Shown here: positions 16,893-25,903 of the stretch, piece by piece
Numbering within the stretch: position 1 is the first letter of the stretch
Layout: every line of letters starts with the position of its first letter
Assembly (NCBI GenBank): GCA_041691695.1
Contig: JBEPUG010000001.1
Span: 23,922 to 87,921, forward strand
From: Flavobacteriales bacterium
GTDB taxonomy: Bacteria; Bacteroidota; Bacteroidia; Flavobacteriales_F; PHOS-HE28
Reading direction: 5' to 3'
Length of the DNA: 64,000 bases
Position numbers and translations under genes: made by a program
Notes under the pieces: model-generated
The model's input: the letters and a program-made list of their open reading frames with translations, nothing else
Databases searched by the model: none
What the model was told of the DNA's origin: nothing

Positions 16893-19190
16893 ATGCAAAT
16901 GACCAACTCGACAGGCCTTGTTGACACGGACCTGAAGGCCTTTGTGCGCCACTATTTGCGCTCGTGGCCGTTGCTGCTCGCCGCTGCAGCCGCTTTATTC
17001 GTGATCGTGATCCTTCTGGTCATATTCGTGCCCCCGCACTATGCGGCCACGAGCAGCGTCTTGATCGAGACGCCCATGCGTTACGACGACCCCAACCGCC
17101 TGGTACAAGACCCCGATCGCACCTCTACGACTACGGACAAGAATTATTACACGAACGAAAAGCTCAGGATCACCTCGCAACCGATCGTCGCTTCCGTGGT
17201 GAAGCAACTGGGTCTGACAACGGAATACTATCGGTGGGGATTGATCGACAGGCCGCTCTATCCTGTCAAACCGATCATCATGGAGGTGGACAGTTCGAGC
17301 ATGCCTAGCCAGGATGCCATTCCGAACGACATCACTTTCTATGTTACCCGTGTGGATGGCAATACCTTCCATTTGGAAGGTGATGGAAAATATGGCCCAA
17401 CACGTCGTGAGATCGATGTGGACCGCAAGGAGCATTGGGGGGAATGGTTCATGCTTGACAGCTTAAGGCTGCGTGTACAACAAGCGCCAGTTGAGGAACG
17501 GGACAGCACAGCGACCACTTATGGATTCAAGATCCGGGATCCTCGGGATGTTGCATTGGACCTCATAAGCTCCATCACCTCCGATTTTGTGGAGACCGAC
17601 GCCACCACGGTGCTACTGAACTATACCAGCGCGCCGGCCGCACGGACGATCGACATACTCAATGCTGTATCTCAAGCCTATGTAAATACCCATATGTCGG
17701 AGCGCAGCCAGACCTTGGATGCTACAATTGCCCAAGTCCAAGCGGAGATCAACCACAATCTGGCACTCCTCGATGCGAACAGCAATGCTGTGGAATTATT
17801 CCGGACAGCTCAGAGCGTCACCGACGTGGACCATGAGAAGGTGATGCTGATGGAACGTAGCGATGGTTTGGATAAGCAGAGGGAGACGTTGACCGTAAAG
17901 GACAAGTATTACAGCTATCTGCAAAAACTTCTATCGGAACAGAGCACCAGCGACCAACCAATCAGCCCCAAGGCATTCGGGATCCAAGACCCTATCCTCA
18001 ACGATATGACCGAGCAGCTTGTATCGCTGCAATCCGACATAGCGGCCTTGAAAAACGATGGGAAGACCGCACATCCCTACTATACCCAATTGACCCAGCG
18101 ATTGGATCAACAGCGGACGAACATCCTAAAATCCGTGGAAGGATTCAAGGAAACGAACAACATGATGCTGGCGAATATCAACCAGCAATATAGCAAGCTC
18201 GCTAGCCAACAGAATGCCATCCCGAAGACGGAACGTGAACTGGATGACAAGTCGCGCGATGCCAAAACCTTGGATAGCCAGCATGGTGACCTGCTCACTC
18301 GCTTGGCCAACCTCCGCATTGCACGCGCGGCCATCGCGCCGGAGGTACGCTTGATCACACCTGCCTACCTCACCAGTACCGACCCCTACTTCCCCAACAT
18401 TGTGATCCTCTTGGTGGTGGCGGTCCTTTTGAGTTTGATCTTTCCCTTGGGCTATCTGGTGATCAAAGGATTGTTCAGTGACCGGGTGCAAAGCATCAAG
18501 GATGTTGCGCGTGCCCTTCCCAACGCACCTTTGTTAGGCCAAATACCTTTCACTGGCCTCACCGACCCCGATGCATTGATCGCCCGTCCAGTTTCCCAGG
18601 CATTCATCGAGACCTCCAAACTGGCCCGTGGCCTTGAACTGATGAAGCCCTCAGTGGGCCCGGAGGTCAGCGTAATCAGCAATGCCAACACCAGTGGAAG
18701 CGGTCGCACGTTCACACACATGTTGGCCGCCGTGCTCGCAGCCCGTGGCAATAAGACATTGATCATCGATACCCTCTCTGATGAAGCAGCGTCTGCACCG
18801 GTCAACCGTCTCGTGATCCAGCCGTATCATCAGGACTTGGACAAGGCAATACTTACGGGCAATCCAGGAAGCTGGGCCTCTGACATTTTCAGGCCGGAAG
18901 GCTATTCGCAGATCCTTATCATCGGCCCCAGCGCTAGCGCCCTGCCCGCTTGGACCGCCTTACCCTTTGCTGACCACGCTTTGGTGATCTGCGAGATCGG
19001 AAAGACCGGTTACGCCACCTTGGAGGAATTGGCGCTGGCGCAGCTAAGTGGCAAATTACCAGAACTGGGCTTGGTGGTGAATAAGGTCTTGGATGATCGG
19101 CTACCATGGTTCGGATTCTTCAGCACGAAAAAGGAAAAACGGCTGAGCTTTTGGGGCGGTATAAAGTACAATTGGCGGCGTGCGGTTTGA
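16893..19190 (+). CDS. wzc: Wzc/GumC-like chain-length determinant protein with a degenerate C-terminal BY-kinase-like domain
   Basis: It has two TM segments flanking a long coiled periplasmic region. The C-terminal P-loop-like region reads SNANTSGSGRTFTH (Arg in place of the Walker A Lys), TLIIDTLSDE and ILIIGPSASA, and there is no terminal Tyr cluster. The ATG is at 16893; the ORF track starts at a TTG at 16887. Confidence 0.75.
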   Translation: MQMTNSTGLVDTDLKAFVRHYLRSWPLLLAAAAALFVIVILLVIFVPPHYAATSSVLIETPMRYDDPNRLVQDPDRTSTTTDKNYYTNEKLRITSQPIVASVVKQLGLTTEYYRWGLIDRPLYPVKPIIMEVDSSSMPSQDAIPNDITFYVTRVDGNTFHLEGDGKYGPTRREIDVDRKEHWGEWFMLDSLRLRVQQAPVEERDSTATTYGFKIRDPRDVALDLISSITSDFVETDATTVLLNYTSAPAARTIDILNAVSQAYVNTHMSERSQTLDATIAQVQAEINHNLALLDANSNAVELFRTAQSVTDVDHEKVMLMERSDGLDKQRETLTVKDKYYSYLQKLLSEQSTSDQPISPKAFGIQDPILNDMTEQLVSLQSDIAALKNDGKTAHPYYTQLTQRLDQQRTNILKSVEGFKETNNMMLANINQQYSKLASQQNAIPKTERELDDKSRDAKTLDSQHGDLLTRLANLRIARAAIAPEVRLITPAYLTSTDPYFPNIVILLVVAVLLSLIFPLGYLVIKGLFSDRVQSIKDVARALPNAPLLGQIPFTGLTDPDALIARPVSQAFIETSKLARGLELMKPSVGPEVSVISNANTSGSGRTFTHMLAAVLAARGNKTLIIDTLSDEAASAPVNRLVIQPYHQDLDKAILTGNPGSWASDIFRPEGYSQILIIGPSASALPAWTALPFADHALVICEIGKTGYATLEELALAQLSGKLPELGLVVNKVLDDRLPWFGFFSTKKEKRLSFWGGIKYNWRRAV

Positions 19191-19199
19191 TAACGATGG

Positions 19200-20411
19200 A
19201 TGGGAAAGCATCGTCTTCTGTTTCTCACCAGTCAGTTGCCCTACCCTCCTGTCAGTGGTGGCACCATTAAAAGCTGGCGCCTGCTCGAGCATCTATCCAG
19301 ATCCTTTGAGGTCACGCTCTTCACCGTGTTGAAAGGAATGGATGCATCGAATTACTCATCCTTGTCGAATAAGGTCGCTCTTGGCCGGGCCAGCAAAGGC
19401 TTTCCCATCGACCGAGCCAGGACTCCCTTGAACTTTCTGCGCAGCCTAGTGGTAAGTCCTACATTGAATGTTTTCCGCAATAGCTCCGCCGACCTATCCC
19501 TCGCGATGAGGAACGCGTTGGAAAACAACGATGTGATCCTGGTGGACCATCTCGAAATGGCCAATTACGTTCCAACTCCGTCACCTCTTCCGATGGCTTT
19601 GCATCAGCACAACGCGGAGTTCATCATGTGGAAGCGTTCCACCGCTGTGGCCAAGAATTCGGCAGAGCGGATCGTACTCGCCTTGGAAGCGGCCCGTGTA
19701 AAACGGTTCGAAGGTCGAAGCTGCCAGCGGGCGGATATCGTATTTGCGGCTCCCAACGACCAAACTGAACTTGAAGGCCTCGGAGTGGCCAAGGATAAGT
19801 TCCGGACGACCTACCATTTAGGCGATGACAGCGCATTGGCCGCTCCCCAACTCCAATACACGGATACTCGTAATACTTTGATGTACGTTGGCACACTGAG
19901 CTGGCCGGCGAACAGCGATGGACTGCTGTGGTTCCTGCGGGAAGTTTGGCCCGGGCTCAAGTCCGCACATGCAGACCTTCACTTCGATATACTTGGCCAA
20001 GGAGCCGGGGACGATTTGAAGATGGCAGTAGACAAATTACAGGACGTTCAGCTGCATGGATTTGTGGAGGATCTTGAACCGTTCTACCGCAAGAGCCGTG
20101 CATTTGTGGCGCCATTGCGGTTTGGCAGTGGCACAAAAGTGAAAGTGGTAACAGCGATGTATCGTGGGATACCATGCGTCACCACCTCCATCGGGGTGGA
20201 AGGGATCTCCTTGGTCGAAGGTGTTGATGTCCATGTTTGTGACAGTGCTACCTCCATGCATGAGCGGATCGAACTTCTTCTTACCGACCGGTTGGCCTGG
20301 GAGAGCATGCGGGACGCAAGTCGGCAGAAAGCCTTATCAGACCTGAGTTGGGATTCGATGTTGGAAAACCATGCCCGCGATCTTCACGTATTAGCCGCCA
20401 GCCGTAACTAG
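19200..20411 (+). CDS. Glycosyltransferase family 4 (GT-B fold)
   Basis: N-terminal LLFLTSQLPYPPVSGG and C-terminal FVAPLRFGSGTKVKVVTAMYRGIPCVTT are typical of GT4 enzymes. Confidence 0.8.
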   Translation: MGKHRLLFLTSQLPYPPVSGGTIKSWRLLEHLSRSFEVTLFTVLKGMDASNYSSLSNKVALGRASKGFPIDRARTPLNFLRSLVVSPTLNVFRNSSADLSLAMRNALENNDVILVDHLEMANYVPTPSPLPMALHQHNAEFIMWKRSTAVAKNSAERIVLALEAARVKRFEGRSCQRADIVFAAPNDQTELEGLGVAKDKFRTTYHLGDDSALAAPQLQYTDTRNTLMYVGTLSWPANSDGLLWFLREVWPGLKSAHADLHFDILGQGAGDDLKMAVDKLQDVQLHGFVEDLEPFYRKSRAFVAPLRFGSGTKVKVVTAMYRGIPCVTTSIGVEGISLVEGVDVHVCDSATSMHERIELLLTDRLAWESMRDASRQKALSDLSWDSMLENHARDLHVLAASRN

Positions 20412-20415
20412 GAAC

Positions 20416-21810
20416 ATGCTTTTCAATTCCTTCCAATACATCCTTTTCCTGCCGTTGGTGCTGGTGGTCTTCCACCTGATGCCAAAGAAGTATCGCTGGA
20501 TCATGCTGTTGATCGTCAGCTACTACTTCTACATGTGCTGGAAGCCGGCCTTCGCCATCCTCATGTTCATATCCACCATCGTGGATTATTGGGCGGGTAT
20601 CGGCATGGCCAACACGACCGATAAACGCAAACGGAAGGGGTGGATGATGATGAGCTTGTGCGTAAATCTGGGCATGCTCTTCTTCTTCAAGTACTTGAAC
20701 TTCCTCACCTACAATGTGGAGGTGATGATGGCGAAATTCAATATCTTCTATGACAGTCCCATCCTGCATATCATACTGCCGGTCGGGATCTCTTTCTACA
20801 CCTTCCAGACCTTGAGTTATACACTCGATGTCTACAAGGGGAAGGCTCCGGCAGAGCGGCATTTCGGTTATTTCGCATTGTACGTTTCCTACTTCCCGCA
20901 ATTGGTGGCCGGTCCTATCGAGCGGCCAGGCCACTTGATCCCACAGTTGCATAGTCCGCCTGCCTTGACAAAGGATGACGTGCGATACGGCATCAACAAG
21001 ATCCTGCTGGGCTACTTCAAGAAAGTGGTAGTTGCAGACAATTTGGCCCTTTACGTGGACCAGATGTTCGCGCACGTACCGGGTGGGACGGGGCTCCAAT
21101 ACTATGTGGCCTCGGTCATGTTCATCATCCAGTTGTTCGCTGACTTCTCTGGATATACGGACATCGCCATAGGTTCTGCCAGGTTGATGGGAGTGCGATT
21201 GCAGGAAAACTTCAACCGCCCCTTTTTCACCACCAGCCTCAGCCGGTTTTGGGCCCGATGGCATATGTCCCTCACCACCTGGATCCGCGATTATCTCTTC
21301 AAGCCATTGATCTTCAGTTATCGCGATTGGGCGTGGGCGGTGACCATCTTCGTCTTCGTGGTGATCGGCCTGTGGCACGGTGCCGCATGGACGTTCGTGC
21401 TCTTCGGCTTTTTCAATGGTGTTATCATGGTGCTTCAGAATATGTACCAAGGCATCAAGCCGCTGAGGGAATTCAACCGTTCCCGCGTGGGCAAGTTGAT
21501 CTTGGCTATCTGGAACTTCAACCTGCTTGCGCTACTGGGCGTATTCTTCCGATCCGGGAACGTGACCGATGCCTTCGAGATCATCAAACGCATCTGCTTG
21601 GATACCCGGCTAAAGGCCAGCGACCTGCGATCAGCTTTCATGGCCGAGATGTACATCGGCATGATCCTCTTGGTACTGCTTGCCGTGACCACCTTGTTCA
21701 ATAGGGAGCTTCGTTTCCGCTGGAACTGGATGTACATTACCGTGATGCTAGTGTTGATCTTCCTGATGGGCTCCGATTCCAGTAACCAGTTCATCTACTT
21801 CCAGTTCTGA
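20416..21810 (+). CDS. MBOAT-family membrane O-acyltransferase (AlgI/DltB-like)
   Basis: ISFYTFQTLSYTLDVYKG, plus the conserved His region FWARWHMSLTTWIRDYLF. The protein is polytopic. Confidence 0.85.
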   Translation: MLFNSFQYILFLPLVLVVFHLMPKKYRWIMLLIVSYYFYMCWKPAFAILMFISTIVDYWAGIGMANTTDKRKRKGWMMMSLCVNLGMLFFFKYLNFLTYNVEVMMAKFNIFYDSPILHIILPVGISFYTFQTLSYTLDVYKGKAPAERHFGYFALYVSYFPQLVAGPIERPGHLIPQLHSPPALTKDDVRYGINKILLGYFKKVVVADNLALYVDQMFAHVPGGTGLQYYVASVMFIIQLFADFSGYTDIAIGSARLMGVRLQENFNRPFFTTSLSRFWARWHMSLTTWIRDYLFKPLIFSYRDWAWAVTIFVFVVIGLWHGAAWTFVLFGFFNGVIMVLQNMYQGIKPLREFNRSRVGKLILAIWNFNLLALLGVFFRSGNVTDAFEIIKRICLDTRLKASDLRSAFMAEMYIGMILLVLLAVTTLFNRELRFRWNWMYITVMLVLIFLMGSDSSNQFIYFQF

Positions 21811-21813
21811 GCC

Positions 21814-22836
21814 ATGCGCACACTACTGAGATATTCCGCCTTTTTCATCATCGCGTTCGTGGCGATAGCGTTGTGCTTGGACCAGTGGATGGCGAAAAAG
21901 ATCATCTTTCGGGACCCGAATTCCAACCAAAGCAAAATGCTGCGGCTGGTCTCCTCAACCGATCCGTTGGAGATCCCGATCTTCGGTAGCTCCAAGGCAC
22001 GCAGTGCATTCATCCCGGACACCTTGGGTCCAACGGTGTTCAACTACGGGATGGACAAGTGCAACTATGACGTGATCGAGTTCGAGTTGGCCCATGAACT
22101 GGCGAAGCCCAGCACGGCTCCGATCATCATCGAATTCAACCATCGCTTCTTCATCCATGAACCGGAGCATACCATCGACGCGGCCACCTTCGTGCCCATC
22201 ATTGATAAGCCTGGCGTACGTGATTACCTGAAGAAGAATGGCCGGGATGAATTGCGATGGTCGATACCCGGCGTGCGCTATTACGGCAGCATCCTCACCT
22301 TTATCCGCAGCGCTTCCCGGAAGGAGACCGGACAACGCAAACATATTTCCAAGGGAGGACTTTTCATCGACAATCCTGCCTCCCCTCGAGTGCTGAAAAG
22401 CCAAGTGGATGCACGGGACAATGAGATCGCTGAGCAGCACGACCTGCTATTCCGGAAAACACATGTGGAAGAGGCGATCTCCGCACAAGGACTTGCTCGA
22501 TTGCAAGGGCTTGACGCACTTCTCTTGTTCTCCGAACCCAAGGATCGCATCGAACTTTTTGAGGCCCAGTTGGCCCAACGTCCGGACCGTCCCATCCTGA
22601 TCGTCTATACCCCGCAGCACCCCAGCGAGCTCAAGGGCATGGCCAACTATGACCGGGTCTTGGCCAAGTTCAAGGAATGGGAGACGCGATTCCCCAATGT
22701 GCACGTCTACAACTATTCCCACGTCCGGCTACCGGACACGGACTTCAAGAACATCGCGCACCTCAACACTGCCGGGGCCAGGGTCCTCTCCGGAATGCTG
22801 AAACACGATGCACAGCAGTACCTTTCAAACCCGTGA
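21814..22836 (+). CDS. Membrane-anchored SGNH/DltD/AlgJ-like partner of the MBOAT acyltransferase (putative)
   Basis: An N-terminal TM helix is followed by IPIFGSSKARSAF (a GSS-type nucleophile motif) and a C-terminal IAHLNTAGARVL (a D..H-like motif). The gene starts 3 nt after the MBOAT stop. Confidence 0.45.
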   Translation: MRTLLRYSAFFIIAFVAIALCLDQWMAKKIIFRDPNSNQSKMLRLVSSTDPLEIPIFGSSKARSAFIPDTLGPTVFNYGMDKCNYDVIEFELAHELAKPSTAPIIIEFNHRFFIHEPEHTIDAATFVPIIDKPGVRDYLKKNGRDELRWSIPGVRYYGSILTFIRSASRKETGQRKHISKGGLFIDNPASPRVLKSQVDARDNEIAEQHDLLFRKTHVEEAISAQGLARLQGLDALLLFSEPKDRIELFEAQLAQRPDRPILIVYTPQHPSELKGMANYDRVLAKFKEWETRFPNVHVYNYSHVRLPDTDFKNIAHLNTAGARVLSGMLKHDAQQYLSNP

Positions 22837-22910
22837 AGAGGAGCCGGAGCAAAATCCCGACCTTTACGACTCTCCTCGCTAACCTCGATACTGACGCTGA
22901 AGAGCAGCAC

Positions 22911-23519
22911 ATGCCCTCCCAGATCTCCAATATCCATCCAGTGACCGATCGCTTGTTGCAGCGAACGGACAAAGAAGCGTTCCTTGGCCAATCCGGCCGG
23001 GCGATCTGGATGACGGGATTGAGCGGTAGCGGCAAGAGTACTATTGCCATTGAATTGGAGCGGAAACTTCAACACGCAGGCAGATATGCAGTGGTGCTGG
23101 ACGGTGACAATGTCCGCACAGGCATCAACAGCGATCTTGGTTTCAGCGAAGAGGACCGCACGGAGAACATTCGGCGGATCGCCGAGATCGCGAAACTTTT
23201 CGTGCAGAATGGCGCAGTGGTCATTTGCACTTTCGTGAGTCCCACCATCGCTATCCGTAAACAAGCGCGCACCATCATCGGCGACAAGGACTTCTTGGAG
23301 GTATTCGTGGATACTCCTATCGAGGAGTGTGAGCGCCGCGATGTGAAGGGCCTTTACGCAAAGGCCAGACGCGGCGAGATAAAGGACTTCACGGGCATCA
23401 GTTCCCCGTTCGAGGCACCGCCTGCGCCTTCTCTGCGATTACCCACCATCGGCCGAAGCGAGCAGGATACCGCTGATGAACTCTTCCATTTTGTAACAAC
23501 CAGTGTCTTACGCAACTGA
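22911..23519 (+). CDS. cysC: Adenylylsulfate (APS) kinase
   Basis: The ATG is at 22911 (MPSQISNIHPV). The P-loop is WMTGLSGSGKSTIA, with VLDGDNVR also present. The ORF-track start at 22677 is an extension overlapping the previous gene. Confidence 0.9.
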   Translation: MPSQISNIHPVTDRLLQRTDKEAFLGQSGRAIWMTGLSGSGKSTIAIELERKLQHAGRYAVVLDGDNVRTGINSDLGFSEEDRTENIRRIAEIAKLFVQNGAVVICTFVSPTIAIRKQARTIIGDKDFLEVFVDTPIEECERRDVKGLYAKARRGEIKDFTGISSPFEAPPAPSLRLPTIGRSEQDTADELFHFVTTSVLRN

Positions 23520-23524
23520 ACGTC

Positions 23525-24430
23525 ATGCATTCATACCGACTTACACATCTGAAGGAACTCGAGAGCGAGAGCATGCAGATCCTGCGTGAAGTGGCCGCCC
23601 AGTTCGACAACCCCACCCTGCTCTTCAGTGGTGGAAAGGACAGCATTCTTTGCTTCCACTTGGCACGCAAAGCATTCTTCCCAGGCAAGGTGCCATTTCC
23701 GCTGCTCCATGTCGACACAGGCCACAATTTCATTGAGACGATCAACTTCCGGGACAGTCTGGTCGCCGAGTATGGTGCCACGTTGCAGGTGGGGAGCGTA
23801 CAGGACAGCATCGACCAAGGCAAGGTCCAAGAGGAGAAGGGCTTTTACGCCAGCCGCAATAAGCTGCAAACCGTGACCTTGTTGGACGCCATCGCTCACT
23901 ACAAGGTCGATTGCGCCATAGGTGGGGCGCGACGCGACGAGGAAAAGGCCCGAGCAAAGGAGCGCGTCTTCAGCCATCGCGATGAGTTCGGCCAATGGGA
24001 CCCGAAGAACCAGCGTCCTGAACTGTGGAATCTCTACAACGGGCGCAAACGGCCAGGTGAACACTTCCGCGCATTCCCGATCAGCAACTGGACCGAGATG
24101 GACGTGTGGCAGTATATCCTCTTGGAGAACATCCCGATCCCCAACATCTATTTCAGTCATGAACGCGATGTGTTCCACCGCGACGGTGTGATCTATGCTT
24201 ACGCGGATATCATGAACCTGAAGCCGGATGAAAAGGTGGAACGCATGCGCGTGCGTTTCCGCACCATCGGTGACATGACCTGCACCGGAGCGGTCGATTC
24301 CCCCGCCTCCACCTTGGAGGAGATCATTGAAGAGGTGGCATCGACCCGCACCACAGAACGTGGCACCCGCATGGACGACAAGCGTGGTGAAGCCGCTATG
24401 GAGGACCGCAAAAAAGAAGGCTATTTCTAG
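23525..24430 (+). CDS. cysD: Sulfate adenylyltransferase subunit 2
   Basis: PP-loop LLFSGGKDSIL, and the C-terminal ERGTRMDDKRGEAAMEDRKKEGYF is typical of CysD. Confidence 0.92.
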   Translation: MHSYRLTHLKELESESMQILREVAAQFDNPTLLFSGGKDSILCFHLARKAFFPGKVPFPLLHVDTGHNFIETINFRDSLVAEYGATLQVGSVQDSIDQGKVQEEKGFYASRNKLQTVTLLDAIAHYKVDCAIGGARRDEEKARAKERVFSHRDEFGQWDPKNQRPELWNLYNGRKRPGEHFRAFPISNWTEMDVWQYILLENIPIPNIYFSHERDVFHRDGVIYAYADIMNLKPDEKVERMRVRFRTIGDMTCTGAVDSPASTLEEIIEEVASTRTTERGTRMDDKRGEAAMEDRKKEGYF

Positions 24431-24493
24431 ATCCAGATCCAGCATGCCCCCGGATATCGAGAGGGCCATGATGGCATAACAGAACCATTGAAC

Positions 24494-25768
24494 ATGAAGG
24501 AAGAAAGATCACGGGGCTATCTCGACATGGACCTCCTACGCTTCACCACGGCCGGCAGCGTGGATGATGGGAAGAGCACCCTTATCGGCCGCTTGTTATA
24601 TGACAGCCGCGCCATTTTCGACGACCAGATGGAAGCTGTGGAGCGCGCCAGTGCCAAGCGCGGAAGCGGTGATGTGGACCTTAGTCTCCTCACGGACGGC
24701 CTACGCGCGGAACGCGAACAAGGGATCACCATTGATGTGGCCTACCGCTACTTCGCCACGCCACGGCGAAAATTCATCATCGCTGACACGCCGGGCCATA
24801 TCCAGTATACCCGTAACATGGTCACCGGAGCGAGCACGGCAAACCTGGCCATCATCCTTGTGGACGCCCGCAAAGGGATCCAAGAACAGACCAACCGGCA
24901 CGCTTTCATAGCATCCTTGCTGGGCATACCCCACGTGGTGTTTTGCGTGAACAAAATGGACCTTGTGGACTACGATGAGAATGTCTTCAAGTCCATACAA
25001 AGCGAACTGGAGGATTTCAGCAGCAAGCTTGAGACGCGCGACCTGAATTTCATCCCCATCAGTGCATTGAAGGGCGACAACGTAGTGAACCGAAGCACCC
25101 GGATGGACTGGTATCAAGGCACTACGCTGATGTACCTGCTGGAGAATATCCACATCGCGGGCGATCTTAACCACATCGATCGCCGATTCCCTGTACAGAC
25201 GGTGATCCGCCCAATGACCGAGCAATGGCATGACTTCCGGGGATTCGCGGGGCAGGTCACCGGCGGCATATTCCGCAAGGGCGATGAGATCCAGATCCTT
25301 CCCAGCGGATTTCAAAGCACGATCAAATCGATCCATCTAGGCGAACGTGAAGTGGAGGAGGCCTTCGCTCCGCAAAGTGTGGTAATGACCTTGACGGATG
25401 AGATCGATATCAGCCGCGGCGATATGATCGTCAGCCCGAACAACCTCCCGCAAACAAGTCAGGACATCGACGTGATGCTCTGTTGGCTCAATGAGCGACC
25501 CTTGCAACCGAATGGTAAATACGCTGTGAAGCATACGACGCGGGATGCCCGTTGCATGATAAAGGAGGTGAAGTACAAGATGGACATCAACACCTTGCGT
25601 AAGAACGAGGACGACAAGGTCATCGGCATGAACGATATCGGCCGGGTCCTTCTGCGCACCACGGTGCCCTTGAACTTCGACAATTACGGGCGCAATCGCA
25701 ACGCAGGCAGCCTGATCCTCATCGACGAATCCACCAATGAAACGGTGGCGGCAGGGATGATCGTGTGA
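24494..25768 (+). CDS. cysN: Sulfate adenylyltransferase subunit 1 (GTPase)
   Basis: G1 AGSVDDGKSTLIGRL, G3 DTPGH and G4 NKMD. The ATG is at 24494; the ORF track starts at a TTG at 24488. Confidence 0.92.
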   Translation: MKEERSRGYLDMDLLRFTTAGSVDDGKSTLIGRLLYDSRAIFDDQMEAVERASAKRGSGDVDLSLLTDGLRAEREQGITIDVAYRYFATPRRKFIIADTPGHIQYTRNMVTGASTANLAIILVDARKGIQEQTNRHAFIASLLGIPHVVFCVNKMDLVDYDENVFKSIQSELEDFSSKLETRDLNFIPISALKGDNVVNRSTRMDWYQGTTLMYLLENIHIAGDLNHIDRRFPVQTVIRPMTEQWHDFRGFAGQVTGGIFRKGDEIQILPSGFQSTIKSIHLGEREVEEAFAPQSVVMTLTDEIDISRGDMIVSPNNLPQTSQDIDVMLCWLNERPLQPNGKYAVKHTTRDARCMIKEVKYKMDINTLRKNEDDKVIGMNDIGRVLLRTTVPLNFDNYGRNRNAGSLILIDESTNETVAAGMIV

Positions 25769-25903
25769 GTCATCCCACGTCTTGATGTAAAAGGCCCCCT
25801 AAGGGACTTCTTATATCTGGACGTGCTGGTGCGCCTGTCGCCGAAGACAATGTCGGCTCGTCGTTATCAGCCGACCTATCGGGTGCTAGCGAATTGCGGA
25901 GCA

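Noticed and set aside
20281-21450. 389-aa minus-strand ORF. Similar long antisense ORFs occur at 23531-24469, 38960-40015, 42452-43450, 52620-53606, 54304-55293, 58182-59144 and 59838-60836.
   Set aside because: Each is the mirror frame of a strongly supported gene (MBOAT, cysD, barrel protein, ruvB, actB, actA, infB, nusA). All show the His/Arg/Asp/Val-rich antisense signature.
25852-25875. Hairpin GTCGGCT-cgtcgttatc-AGCCGAC between the converging cysN and vanZ, considered as a terminator
   Set aside because: The stem is only 7 bp, the loop is 10 nt, and there is no U-tract on either strand. This is not convincing as an intrinsic terminator.
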